Assembly (NCBI RefSeq): GCF_018350175.1
Contig: NC_058368.1
Location: 6,262,001-6,326,000 of the forward strand
Origin: Felis catus
Taxonomy: Eukaryota
DNA: 64,000 nt
Reading direction: 5' to 3'
Positions 39,488-51,773 of this stretch are shown here, in pieces. Position numbers and translations under genes: made by a program. How positions within the stretch are numbered: position 1 is the stretch's first letter; the number at the start of each line of letters is the position of its first letter. The notes below the pieces were generated by a model. It had not been told where the DNA came from. It did not search any database and was given only the letters and a program-made list of their open reading frames with translations.

Positions 39488-39516
39488 GTGACTCAGCATG
39501 AGTCACCCGTGAGTCA
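39488..39516. promoter_or_regulatory. ARE/AP-1 motif cluster (candidate enhancer)
   Basis: GTGACTCAGCATGAGTCAC-CCG-TGAGTCA: three TGA(C/G)TCA sites, the first a full TGACTCAGCA ARE. Confidence 0.55.
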
Positions 39517-40332
39517 ACTGAGTGTGAACCGTGTCAGGTAGTTGCTATGACAGCTCGTTAGGTGGTGTTGATAAAAGTGTGGTTTCTAGAACTCCTGCTG
39601 TTCTCTGTGCCGGTCGGTCGGGTAAATCAGAGTTTCCGGTCCAGAACTGCACGTGAAGGCCACCAGAAGGTGACTAGGGGTGAGGGGTCGGGGCAATGAG
39701 GAGTCTGAGAGTCGTGTGACGGGGCGGCTGAGGTCTCGAGATGGACAAGAGACGTAGCAACCCTCCTGTCGGTTGTCCTCAAATATCTGAGAAACCGGAA
39801 CCTTGTTTTTCTCTTACCATCTAATCCAAGGAGGTTGGTGTCTTTATCCAAGAGCCACGAAGGAAAAGGTGGCCCTCGTTCTGATTCTCTATGTGCCGCG
39901 CACTGGTTCACACCCAGAGGTAGTCCTCCGGGGGGGGGGGGTCTCTCTCCCTCATCCCTGGCTTGATTTGCCGATCAAAGAATTCCTCCTTCCCTGGTGC
40001 TTCAATTCAGACATTAGCTAGAAAATCCCTCGTCAGTGGTTCTTGAGGTTGAGTCGCTGCTCTTCCTACTTTGTTACCAGACAAACCCACGCCGTGCTGG
40101 CATTTGTCATCCATTTATGCCACCAATACTTTCATGAGCACTCACCTCGAGCCAGCTCTGAGCTAGACGCGGGGAGGGAGGCAGCACGGAACCCAAAACA
40201 CGATGACGCTTTGCCCTCACTCAGTAAGCTTATGTTCTAGTGAGGGAGGGACGTTAACATTTAAAAGGTATTTGCATGTATTAACTTAATACTCATCCCA
40301 ACCCTGTTGGATAAGTACTATTATCATCTCCA

Positions 40333-40566
40333 TTTTAAATGTTTGTTCATTTATTTATTTATGAGAGAGAGAGAGAGAGAAAGCATGCATGTGCACAAGT
40401 GGACAGGGAAGGGGCAGAGAGAGAGAGGGAGACAGAGAATCCCAAGCAGGCTCCACACTGTCTGCACAGAGCCCGACTCGGGGCTCAGACTCACGAACTG
40501 TGAGATCGTGACCTGAGCCCAAATCAAGAGTCAGACGCTTAACCGACTGAGCCACCCAGGGGCCCG
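40333..40566 (-). mobile_element. CanSINE inserted in a MIR
   Basis: Reverse SINE; flanks TTATCATCTCCATTTTA / TTATTTCCATTTTAGAGAGGAGGAACTGGAGGCAC are MIR core. Confidence 0.9.
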
Positions 40567-41069
40567 TTATTTCCATTTTAGAGAGGAGGAACTGGAGGCA
40601 CAAATGTGCTGAGCAGCTCATCCAAGGAGTCAGAGCTGGCCGTCCTCGCTCTTTCCCACCCCCCACCGCGGGCCAGAGTTGCTCGTCTGTGGTCCATACT
40701 TCTCCGACTCGGCTGCAGTGTTCTTTGGCAACCCTCCGTCTGGAAATTCTCACTCGGCTGAACCGAGGTGGGAGGCGTGTGAAGGACTGGGGTGTGGGAA
40801 GAATGACGTCGAAGCTGGGGACTAATTGAAGAAATGGTTACCTCTAAGTGACTCTCTGTGCAGTGTCATCCTCCGGACCCTCAGGCTTCCGTGGGGCCCG
40901 CTCATGATAGTATCGGTTATGTTTTTTAAGAGCACCCCAAAAATAAAAGATTTCAAGTAAAACATTTCCTTCCCTGGAACACACTTTGGGGAATATTGTC
41001 CTAACCGCCTGGGATAACTGCTAAATACAGGCTACAGGTCAGCACTGTGATGAAAGTGCCTTCAGACCA

Positions 41070-41122
41070 GGACAACACGGGGCAGCCGTCCACACCGGGA
41101 CAACACGGGGCAGCCATCTACA
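41070..41122. repeat. Local tandem duplication (about 28-bp unit x2)
   Basis: GGACAACACGGGGCAGCC(G/A)TC(C/T)ACA repeated directly. Confidence 0.9.
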
Positions 41123-41582
41123 AAGGTTGGAGAGGGTTCTGACACACCAGCTCAGAATGCTGAGTTGTCACTAGACAGTGTCATTTTCATGATAACCGTT
41201 ATAGTTATTAGTTCAATTACTAACTTGTTAAGGGCATGAATCGAATAGGAAATTCTAGATGACCCTGTTAAAATAACGTTGCTCGCAAGCATTTTTCTGT
41301 TTTCCCAATACACAGCTGAAGGTTTTGAAAAGATCCCTAATGAGGAAGACAAATTTTCCCTAGCCTCTGGTGTCAAATCAAGAGAGAAAGTATCCTATTT
41401 AGAGCACTCGTATAGAGCTATTTTTCTCTTCAGGATTACATACATTCCTTTGTGTTTGAAATTAGTTTTATTTATTATATCATTAACCTAATATTTCCTG
41501 AGTGCCTACCATATGTCAGGCATTTTTTCTGGGCATTTATCAGTGATAAATGAAGCACACAAAACCTCTCACGGAGTTTAAA

Positions 41583-41794
41583 TTTTTTTTTTTAACGTTT
41601 ATTTATTTTTGAGACACAGAGAGACAGGGCATGAACGGGGGAGGGTCAGAGAGAGAGAGACACAGAATCCGAAACAGGCTCCAGGCTCTGAGCTGTCAGC
41701 ACAGAGCCCAACGCGGGGCTCGAACTCACGGACCACGAGATCATGACCTGACCCGAAGTCGGACGCTTAACTGACTGAGCCACCCAGGCGCCCC
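41583..41794 (-). mobile_element. CanSINE
   Basis: TSD CTCTCACGGAGTTTA. Confidence 0.95.
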
Positions 41795-42346
41795 TCTCAC
41801 GGAGTTTATATTTTTGGGAGGGAAAGATAGTCAATAAAAAGAATACAAACAGGTGTATAAGATAATGTCACCTGGTGATAACCACTATGGGGGAAAATAA
41901 TACGAACTAAGAGGAGACAAAATGAAGGGCAAAGGTAGTCTTAGATGGGTCACAAGGCAAAGCATCTCTGAGGAAGTGACACAGCTGTAGCTTTAGGGAC
42001 AACAGCGTCAGGTTCAGACCTGGCTGGGCACGAAGGCCACCTCTCCACAAGCAGTGTGACTTGGGGCAAGTTACACAGCGCCTCTGTCTCCTAGTCACTA
42101 AAATGGAGATAATAATCGTGTCCACATCAGAGTGGTGTTTATTCATCATTCAGTTTCTAAAAATTTCGAATGCTCCTCTTTTCCTTGTCTGCCTATTTGT
42201 CTCATAAATGTGTGGTGACCATATTTGCCGGACACACAGCAAAAAGTGGGCAGGTGCTTTTGCAGATGATTTTGTCTGGTGTGTACATTTTACTCTTATA
42301 AAGAGATAAAAGTCAATTAACACTTTGATGCACATGTAATTCAATA

Positions 42347-42377
<31 letters not shown>

Positions 42378-42409
42378 GTGCACACACACACACGCACACA
42401 CACACATAT

Positions 42410-43045
42410 GGTAAAACTTGGTTTGTGAGCGTAATTCATTCCGGAAACATGCTTGTAATCCAAAGCACTTGCATATCAAAGTGAATCTCCCCATGGAAAA
42501 TAATGGAAACTCAGATGATTCATTCCAAAACCCCAAAAAATTCATATAAAAACGATTACAATATTGAAATATAATACAAAATAATAAAGAAAATACAAAC
42601 TATAAAGAAAAATAAACAAATTAACCTGCACTGCCCTTTGAAAACCTTCGTGACTCGTGTGAGGGAGGCGAGAGAGGAGGGTTATTGTGTAGGACAACGT
42701 TCACTATCACTAACAAGGCGAATCACGCTATCTGTTGGCTCACTGGAATCCTTTTCTTTTCATGCAACTTTAACAAGGAACCTATCCAATGACTTGCTTT
42801 TGCCTCCTTTTGAAGATTTCTTGGAAATGTGACATTGCATTGATGATCATGCACAATCCTACAGCAAGAGAGAGAGAGAGAGAGAGAGAGAATCATTGGC
42901 TGAGCTGTGATCATGTGACATTCAATATATGTACTACTCGTAGTGCAAGACGTTGCTTGTTTATCAAGTTGAAGTTTATTAGAAATGTTTGATCGTCTTG
43001 CAGGACACTCACAGAACAAGTTACTTGCAGTCCAAGGCTTTATAC
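42410..43045. mobile_element. Tigger-type (Tc1/mariner) non-autonomous DNA transposon
   Basis: Degenerate terminal inverted repeats (GTAAAACTTGGTTTG... / ...GCAGTCCAAGGCTTTA) in TA context; interior resembles a common carnivore element. Confidence 0.7.
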
Positions 43046-44504
43046 GTATATATAAACTTTTAATGTTGAAGTAATTACAAACTTACATAAAGTTTCAGGA
43101 CTAGGACAGAGCCCCACACACCCCTCACCCAGATTTCCCTTAGCAATAATTATATTCACTCTCATGGGAGGGTCTGTGCAGCAGTAACCTTCTACAGTTG
43201 GGCCTGGGTGCCGGTTCACTGAATGTTTGCTCTTTAGGTGTTAAACTGTACACAGAAGCTTTGTCTATTTTTCAGTAAGTTATATTTTACCATTTCTACA
43301 GGACTGAAAGAGACAGAACAAGGGAGCAAGAATGAACGCTCCTGGTGAATTTTTCTCCATTCTTTGGTGAAATTTCACTCAAATGACATTAAAGAAATTC
43401 TTTGAAGTATGAACTCACAAGGAGAAAAAAGTGGGAGAGGAGATGACAGAATATTTCAACAAGTATTTGGAAGATGAATGAGTAGAAAATGAGTAGAAAC
43501 TAATTTGGCAGAGTGGGAAAATACGAAACCTCCCTGTAAACCTTCTTCCCTACAAAGGCCAGTGAGGGATTTAGGACATGCCAATAAGAAGCCAAAATCC
43601 CATAAAGATAGTTAACTGTAAAGGGACAGGGGGATGGGCTGGAAGGGGAAAGAAGCAAGAGGAAGACTTTTCAAATTATACATCTTTTTACAGTGCTTGG
43701 ATTTTGATACGTGGAAATGGTTATCTGTTCACAAGAGGAACAAGGTGGAGGGGAGGAGGAGGGGCCGGAAGGGAGAAGGACCCAGGATAGACCTCTGTTG
43801 TAGGATCCAGGAAAGGCTACACTGCAGGAGACTCTCCAGGTCTCTAGAAGGCACGGTGGGTGGGGCTGAGAGAGAGCAGGGGTTGCTGGAAAGGTCAGAT
43901 AAAGAGAGCTGGGCCCTCGCTGCCCTCCTCCCTCACCCTCTGCAGAGCCTGAGGCCTCAGGGACACAGGCACCCCCTGAACTGGGGGGAGATGACATTAA
44001 AAGCAGAGACACGATGTGTCAGCTGACTGAATGATGAGGCCTCTTCCGGCCTCTTTCCACCCCTCCCCACCTCAGCTCTCAGGCCTCTGGGAAGCCAGGC
44101 TCATACCCCCATCTTACCCCAGCCCCCGGGCCCCCAGCCTTATATCAGAGGGTTTCTCCGCGGGAAGGAGATGGATAGAACATCTGAGTTCAGTAGAACA
44201 GCTGATTTGAATGAGGGCAGCCTCTGTGTCCCCCCGCCCCCCGCTCTCTCCCAAGGTTCTAAGTGCTCTACAAGGCCTGACTGGTTACCTGTGCGTGGAC
44301 ACTCTCCTCATTCCCAGTTTCCAGAAGGGAAGCCGACATAGGGAGACATTTTATGAGGATTCTCCTGCATTTAGGGGCAACGCCCATCACACCAGGCATG
44401 CATTTGCCACCCCTCCAACTGCTCTGAGCCTTTAAACTGGTGTTTGCGATTTCCCTCTTTTTTTGCGTTCTTGGTTTTGGGGGGTCCACTGATATTTTTA
44501 AATG

Positions 44505-44910
44505 CCTAAGCTATGTATTAGAGGAGTTTTAGACTCACAGCAAGATCGAGCAGAAGGTGCGGGGATATCCCCCCACCCCACACCCCTGCCCCGACATGTG
44601 CACAGCCTCCCCCGTTGTCCGAACCCCCTTCCGGAGCAGGACATTTGTTACAACTGGTGAGCCCCCATCAACACAGCATCGTTACTCAAGATCCATCATT
44701 CACCTCTGGGTTCACTCTTGGTGTTGTACATCCTGTGGGTGAGGACACGTATCCACCATTATGGCGCCACACGGAGGGGTCTCGACTGCCCTAAAAATCC
44801 TCTGTGCTCTGCCTGTTCATCCCTCCCTCCCTGTAGCCCCTGGCCACCACTGATCCTTCCACTTCTTCATCGTTTCTCCTTTTCCAGAATGTCATACAGT
44901 TGGAATCATA
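44505..44910 (-). mobile_element. Old L1 (L1MB-like) 3'UTR fragment
   Basis: GTTTTAGACTCACAGCAAG...ACATTTGTTACAACTGGTGAGCC...TTTCCAGAATGTCATACAGTTGGAATCATA. Confidence 0.75.
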
Positions 44911-44982
44911 ATTAGTATTTTAAAAATAATTTCTATTGTCTAGCAGGGCTTGGAAGAATAAGGACATTAAAAAGTTCGTGTT

Positions 44983-45186
44983 TGGGGCACCTCGGTGGCT
45001 CAGTCGGTTAAGCCTCCGACTTCGGCTCAGGTCATGACCTCGCGATTCATGGGTTCAAACCCGCATCGGGCTCTGTGCTGACAGCTCAGAACCCGGAGCC
45101 TGCTTTGGATTCTGTGTCTCCCTCTCTTTCTGCCCCTCCCCTGCTCACCCTCTGTCTCTCAAAATAAATAAACATTAAAAAAAAAA
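44983..45186 (+). mobile_element. CanSINE
   Basis: TSD AAAAAGTTCGTGTTT. Confidence 0.95.
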
Positions 45187-45465
45187 GTTCGTGTTTAATA
45201 TGTCCCATTAGAATGGGAGATAAGGAAATTCCTGTGTTTCTATTAATTTTTCTTTTCAAATGGAAGACAGTTGCCACGGGGGGGAAATATATCTTCTATA
45301 AGTTGAGTCCAAAACCTGTGAGTGAGGGTTTGATGTGAATACACTGGGGACCCTCTGGAGATTTCAGTTCTGGGGGTGCTTCCGGGAATGTGCGGGGGAG
45401 TCATGGCTTCCAATGCAAGCCGGGAGGCAACAGTACCATGTTCTGGTCTATTCTCACCCAAAACC

Positions 45466-45892
45466 CTGTTATGGTCGGATTATGTTCTCCCGAAAGAGAT
45501 ACGTGGCGTCCTAACCCTTCGTACTTCAGAAAGTGACCTTATTTGGACGTCCGGCCTTTAGAGATACAATCCAGACAAAGGAGGCCGTGGGGTGGGCTCA
45601 GATCCGATACGACTGGGATCCTCGTGAAAAGGGGAAATTTGGACACAGCCACACAGAGAGGGGAGATCACGTGAAGATTGCAGAAGATGGCCATCTGTAA
45701 GCCAAAGAGCGTCTGAGGCCACCTGAAGCTGGAAGGGAGGCGGGAACAGCATCTTCCCTGCAGGTTCCAGAGCCAGCAGGTCCCTGCCGACAGCATGGTT
45801 TGAGCCTTCTCGCCTCCAGAACAGTGAGACAATGAACTTCTGTCGTCCCAAGCCTCCTGGTTGGTGGCACTTTGTTATAGCAGCCCCAGGAC
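45466..45892 (+). mobile_element. MLT1 MaLR solo LTR
   Basis: TGTTATGG start; GTGACCTTATTTGGA; CCTCCAGAACAGTGAGACAATGAACTTCTGT...TTGTTATAGCAGCCC end. Confidence 0.88.
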
Positions 45893-46910
45893 TTAGAGCT
45901 GGAGTTAGAATTCCACGCGGTGAGTTTTCTAGATAGAGACTTGTTGGTTCCTGGTTTGAAGGCCAGATCCAAGAGTTTTCTGTTTTTGCTTTGTTTAAAT
46001 GGCATTGGCTTTTAAAATATAAACATTGAACTGGACACCCCCCCCCCCCACCCAATCTGGAGAATTCCTGATCCCTTTGGCTAAAGCAGGGGTTTTTCCT
46101 CCTTTAGAAAAAAAAGAGGGGGGGGGTGGGAAATGACAGGTAGTTAAATGTCAAGGTCTATCTCCTCCTGGGCTTTGAAGATGAAGAAAAGCAACTTAAT
46201 TGGCTCTGGGCTGTCTTGGGGGTGATTTGATACTCTTTTTAGAAATAGAGAGCAAGGAAAATTGTCTCGTGTTGAAATGCAACTCCCCCAGTCTCCGTTT
46301 TAAAGGCTCCTTTGCAGGCATCCCTCCTGGCTTCCGGCTAACCCTGCTGGCTCGCTCGTCTGCTCTCCAGGGCCAGCTGGAGAGAGCTTCCCCCGGCTTC
46401 CCGGCTGCTCTCCCTCTGCCAGGGAGAGCATGCCCCCATCATTTTTAGGATGTCCCCCTTTCAAGATCTGCCCACGTCCTGAGGAAGTTTGGGAGAGGAA
46501 AATGCACCGCTTTGTCTCAGCCACGCTGTCACTAACCCCCAGTAGAGGAGGGGGTGTTCTGTCTTCATGTTGGCTCAGAGGGAGTCTGTTGTCTCTCCCT
46601 AGCCCACACCCCGACCCTGACAGCGGGGCAACTCCGTGTCTCTGGGCCTTCCTGCGAATGTTCGGTGCTGACACGAAAAGGGCCACGGCCCTCACGGTAG
46701 TTCGGGGCTGCTAGAGCGTGTTACGCATCGATAGCTCCCAATTGCCGTGGCTTCTCAGCCCAGGGCATTTAGTCCAAGTCATTTCCAGCGGATGCAGTGG
46801 AGCATAACCCTGGAATTCGAAGAGGAGGGGACATTTTGAAACCTCATTAACTGTTGGCGTCTTTTCTGTGAACATTCTAGGCCATAAAATGGCTTCATTG
46901 GGGTATTTTT

Positions 46911-47224
46911 ATTAATTTTTACTATTTTTATATGACATTTATTGTCAACTTGGTTTCCACACCACACCCAGGGCTCATCCCAACAGGTGCCCTCCTCAAT
47001 TCCCATCACCCACCTTCCCCTCCCTCCCCCTCCCCATCAACCCTCAGTTTGTTCTCAGTTTTTTAAGAGTCTCTTATGGCTTGGCTCCCTCCCTCTCTAA
47101 CTTTTCTTTTTTCTTCCCTTCCCCTCCCCCCATGGCCTTCTGTTAAGTTTCTCAGGATCCACGTGAGAGTGAAAACATATGGTATCGGTCTTTCTCTGTA
47201 TGACTTATTTCACTTAGCATAACA
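46911..47224 (-). mobile_element. 5'-truncated feline L1 3' end (~310 bp)
   Basis: Same feline L1 terminus as 11467-11766; TSD CATTGGGGTATTTTT. Confidence 0.92.
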
Positions 47225-48104
47225 GGGATGGCATTGGGGTATTTTTAAATGCCAAGGTCTTCTGTGTCCTAATGAATTTCAGGCCACCCCTCTTGCGTGC
47301 ACAGGTGAATTGTACTCTGACGAAACATAGGAGCCGTTATGCGGACAGATGTATTGATAACAAAAGACCACCAGAAAGATCTCCTTTTCCTCTTGGTTTA
47401 GTTTAAGACTGTCCCTGAAGCTTCTGGTAATAGTGTCTGTCGTGGTTTAAGCTCTTGGCCAAGATGGTGAGATAGAGGGACTGTGGGAAAATTTTAAATT
47501 CTTCCCTGGGTCCTTCACCGAGGTGCTAATAGCTCGAAACGTGGAATCCTTTATAAAGGTGTTAGAGGGAAGGAGATATATAAGCAAAGAATCAGAGTAA
47601 CGGTACCGTTATCCCAAATTACAGACCTCTTTGGAATTCGGCGTGATGTGAAATTATAGTCTGTCTTCAACTTCCTTTTTGCAGCTGTGAGTTGTTTACT
47701 ATTGAACCGTACAACCTTAAATTAGAGAGAAGATGGGAGGGGGAATCCCTGTTTGGGGCACAGTCTATGCTTATCTTTGCAGATATCTTGGAGCATGCAC
47801 AGCATATTTCTATTAGTTGCCATACGGGTTCATTTTAACACCCACGTCCTGGTTGCTTCTGTAGTCCTGAAAGTGGTGTATTCATAAATAAGGAGAAATC
47901 TAGAAAATCTGGAAGAATTTCAAAGCTGAACTAAACTGCAGTGATCTGGTTTTAACCTTTAAAAAAAAACCAACTTCATTGTTAATTTCCCTTCCGACAT
48001 CTCTTGGGATCTGGCAAAGGCAAACTGCAAAAAGGTCAGCCAGATTGCAGTTGGGCAGAAAATCTTGTTTAGATTATATTATCACAACCAACTAGCAGTA
48101 TTTG

Positions 48105-48265
48105 GAAATCAGACGTAAATGACGCCAAGGAATGAGGGAGGGGGGAAGGACTCGTAACTCTCACGGCGCCCGCCCCAGACCCTGGGCGCTACTGGGCGGG
48201 GGCGGAAGCAGCTCGCAGGGTCTGGGCTCGCTTGCACCACCCGATGGCCGGTGGTCCGTGGGGGA
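48105..48265. promoter_or_regulatory. Small promoter/enhancer-like motif cluster
   Basis: CRE-like TGACGCCA, GC boxes CCCGCCCC and GGGCGGGGGCGG, ETS-like CGGAAG within about 120 bp of CpG-rich unique sequence. Confidence 0.4.
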
Positions 48266-49270
48266 AAGCATCCAAATGTGAAGGCTTCAGTTCCCTCATC
48301 TATAAGAAGAGGGAGCTGAAAGAGATGATCTCCAGGATTCCTTCCGGTCCAAAAAAAGTTCTGATTCTAGGCCATTTTCGATTCATTGGCTGGCGTTGGG
48401 TGCTCATGGGAAGCCTTCAAGGAAGAAATGAAGTCTGAGCTGTGCCATGACAATTTGGTTCAAGAGTTCCAGGGGTATCGTGGGCTAGGAAGTGGTGGAA
48501 CCGATACCTTACAGATAAGTGAGAACGCAACACCCTTAGACGGCTGGATTGACATCCTGTTTCTTCCATTTCCTTAACTTTACAAACACCTAAAAATAAT
48601 GTAAAACACCCAGCACGGTGTCAGGAACTTTGTAGGTGAACACCAGACGGAAGCTATTGATGACGCTGGAAGTTGGCCGCCCGTTGAAGCAGGAAGGGTG
48701 TGTGTACAGAAGAATATGTGAGTGGGAGAGCTATCGAAAACGTCTGAAGTCTTCAGTCACAAACTACAAATTGTTGTGAGTGGCAGTTGTGACTGTCTAT
48801 TGATCTACAAAGAGAATCTGAGAGCCCCTGCTTGAGGAGTGGGACCAGGTGGGCAGAAGTAGGACAGGCCACCAAACTGGGAGACACTTGGCGTGCCACA
48901 GTTTTCTCCTGAGATGATGTGGCCCCGGGAATTAACTCTAGAGGTTTCCGTGAGGTTGACAGTAATGAAAAGAATGTGAACAACCACGCAAGGAAGGCAG
49001 GGCCAATGCACAGCAGAAAAGTCTTGGCAGTGGAAGCTTGGGAGGCAGTCCTGGTCAAAGCGAAAGGTTGGGGGACCGAGGGGAGCAAATGTAAATCAAT
49101 AAGAGGGTCCCCAACAGGCTCATATGGGACACAATACATATGTGTTCATTGACAGGCTAACTGGCTAGATGGATGGCGTCCTTGAAGCTAAAGAGAGAGA
49201 GGGCAGAGGATCACAAGAGGCAGAGTGTATGTCTGAAAAAGCTCCATTGTTTCCTTCTGCCCTGGTTACT

Positions 49271-49301
<31 letters not shown>

Positions 49302-50072
49302 TGGTTCCTCATCTCCCTACTTGTCCAAGGACAGTCTCAGATATCCCCAAACCTGGTTAAAGCCCCAACGGTCCCGGACAAAGGCCTTACCCAAGGCTTT
49401 AACACACGATAATCATCGTGCCCTTTTCAATTTCCCTTTCTCTGGTCATCCTCACTGCTGTTTCTCTAGAGAGGCTCCCCTGCTCTGACTCTCCTCACAA
49501 CAGTCAGTCCTAGGGAGACTTGTGCCAACAGATTCACTCCAGCATAAGCCGTTAGATCGTGTCGTGTCCACGCTCAAAACTTTCCCAGGGCCCGGCACTG
49601 TGTGTGAGTTCGAACCCCAGCCACTTGGCTGGGCTGTGTTTCGTCCCCGCACAACTGCCCGCACCCGGGCTTTCTTCCAGAAACGCCCCACCCCTGCCTG
49701 TGTACCTACGCATTTCCCTTGCCTGCAAAGTCCTGGGTCCACCCAGCCTCCAGCCTTGAGGTGCTGATCTGTGTGTCCCTGCTCATCCCTACTCACCCCT
49801 CCCCTCTTCCTTTCTGGACTTCATTCGTCCGCTCTCTTCCTTGGGCGATTTTTCCGCCACTTCCAACTGGATAATACACCGCTTGAAGGTAAGGACTGCA
49901 TTTTACCTTCTCTTCTCCACAGTACCTAGCATCGTCTGATTAATAGAAAACTATATTGGCATGCATGAGATAGCTAAAGCACGCGTGAATTTACGAAGCC
50001 GTTTCAAATACATTTTAGTAGTTAACGTGAAGGCAAGCTACCTTTCCAAAGGCCATATAAAAATAGCCTTTT

Positions 50073-50297
50073 GGGGCGCCTGGGTGGCGCAGTCGGTTAA
50101 GCGTCCGACTTCAGCCAGGTCACGATCTCGCAGTCCGTGAGTTCGAGCCCTGCGTCAGGCTCTGGGCTGATGGCTCAGAGCCTGGAGCCTGTTTCCGATT
50201 CTGTGTCTCCCTCTCTCTCTGCCCCTCCCCCGTTCATGCTCTGTCTCTCTCTGTCCCCAAAAAAATAAATAAACGTTGAAAAAAAATTAAAAAAAAA
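50073..50297 (+). mobile_element. Young feline CanSINE (SINEC_Fc-type)
   Basis: GGTGGCGCAGTCGG...CAGCCAGGTCACGATC head; TSD AAAATAGCCTTTT. Confidence 0.97.
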
Positions 50298-51643
50298 ATA
50301 GCCTTTTAAAATCAGAATTCCTGTCTGAGTAATAAGTTGAATCAAATTTTCGGATTAAAAAAAAAAAAAAAGATGGGATACGGGTTTTTCATTTCTCCTG
50401 CTAGTTGTTTCCAGGCAACCTTGAACTTGTCAAATAAAAAAGTCTAAGCAGAAGACTGAGATGTATGACCTTACTTTGAGAAGCCTGCTCTGGTCAGGCT
50501 AAGCGCGCTATTCAGCATTACAACCAGACATTCCTTAGAGACCAACGTCTTTTCTCACGTTCGGTGTTCTCGGGTGATTTCAGGAAGAAAACGTGGTGTA
50601 GTGGGAGAACATAGTATTTGGGCTTACTTACTCTGAATCCTTTGAAGCCACCAGGCTTTATTGCTGTGAGCTTGGGGAAAAAATCATCTAAAGTCTCTGA
50701 GCTTTGATGTCTTTGTCTCTGAAATGTGTCTAACCGCCCAACCTGCCTCCCTCCTCATGACATCACGTGTACCACGTGACTGAACGGTAAACTGAAGCTG
50801 CCTTTTGCGATCATCATCATTGTCGTCGTCATCCGTGAAGCTCCCCTCATCGGCTGCCCCTGCCAGGGCCTGCACACATGTGGCTGTGGCCAGTTCCCAA
50901 GGTGCGGCCCCCTACCCCACTGCTCCCCACCCCAGGGCCACCTTCGCGCAGCCAGAATTACAACTGGCTGGGCTCTACCTTCTTGACTTCCACGTCCTTA
51001 ATCCTTGGCCAGCGAGGGCTGACTCCAACTCGCACCCACTTTGGCCCTTGGCCGCTGGCTTCCGGTCTTTTCCAGCCACTGGGCCCAATCTGGGGTGACG
51101 CAGTTCCAGCCTGATTTGGGGGGTCAATCAAAGAGAGGCCTTTGCCACTTGTTCTGAACTTGGTTGGAGTTCTGATCACCCCTCAGCCCTGCATTTGGCA
51201 TCTAGCCTTTCCTTATTCACGTGGGGAAGGAGCAATTATTGTCCCTGTGAAAATGGCAAGGCCTCCGTTCCCCTTCTCTGTTCTCAGACAGCACCAGATA
51301 GGGAGAGAGGAAATAAAAAAAGCCACGGGGAACCGCTGAGGCTGTTAACTTCTCCAAACCTCTTTGGTCTTCAGAGACTCATGCTGAAGATCCCCCAGGA
51401 GAGAATTTCTAAATGAAAAGAGGGAACTGGATTTATTCAAAAGCTACTTCCTCCTTGCAGGATGGAAGGAGCCTTCTGTCTCAACACAAAATATGCCATT
51501 TCAGAAGAAAGCTCTTTTTTTTCTTCTTCTTCTTCTATTATGGCAAAATACAATGTTCCTTTGTCAGGAATGGGGAAACCTCAGAAGACGTAGCTCTTCC
51601 CTCCACAGACGTGAGGACTGACTTCTATATTTTCTATTTTAAG

Positions 51644-51773
51644 ACGGATTCAAATCCCTCATACATGATTTAAGAGCAGCAGTGGAGAACGATTCTTTTG
51701 AGGAGAGATTTTTCCAACGGCATTCTACGCCCTCGAGTCCGGCGCCCAAGGCTGGACTGGACCTCACCTACTG
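51644..51773 (+). CDS. Candidate internal exon (GFKSLIHDLRAAVENDSFEERFFQRHSTPSSPAPKAGLDLTY)
   Basis: Textbook acceptor CTGAC-TTCTATATTTTCTATTTTAAG|, one open frame over 130 nt, weak donor CTG|GTTATG; no homology recognised. Confidence 0.25.

Noticed and set aside
31768..47830. Further micro-exon candidates (for example RQITWSEFSK, AVMRTDVLITKDHQKDLLFLL)
   Set aside because: Weak splice sites; resemblance to STAT or transmembrane segments is only a few residues.
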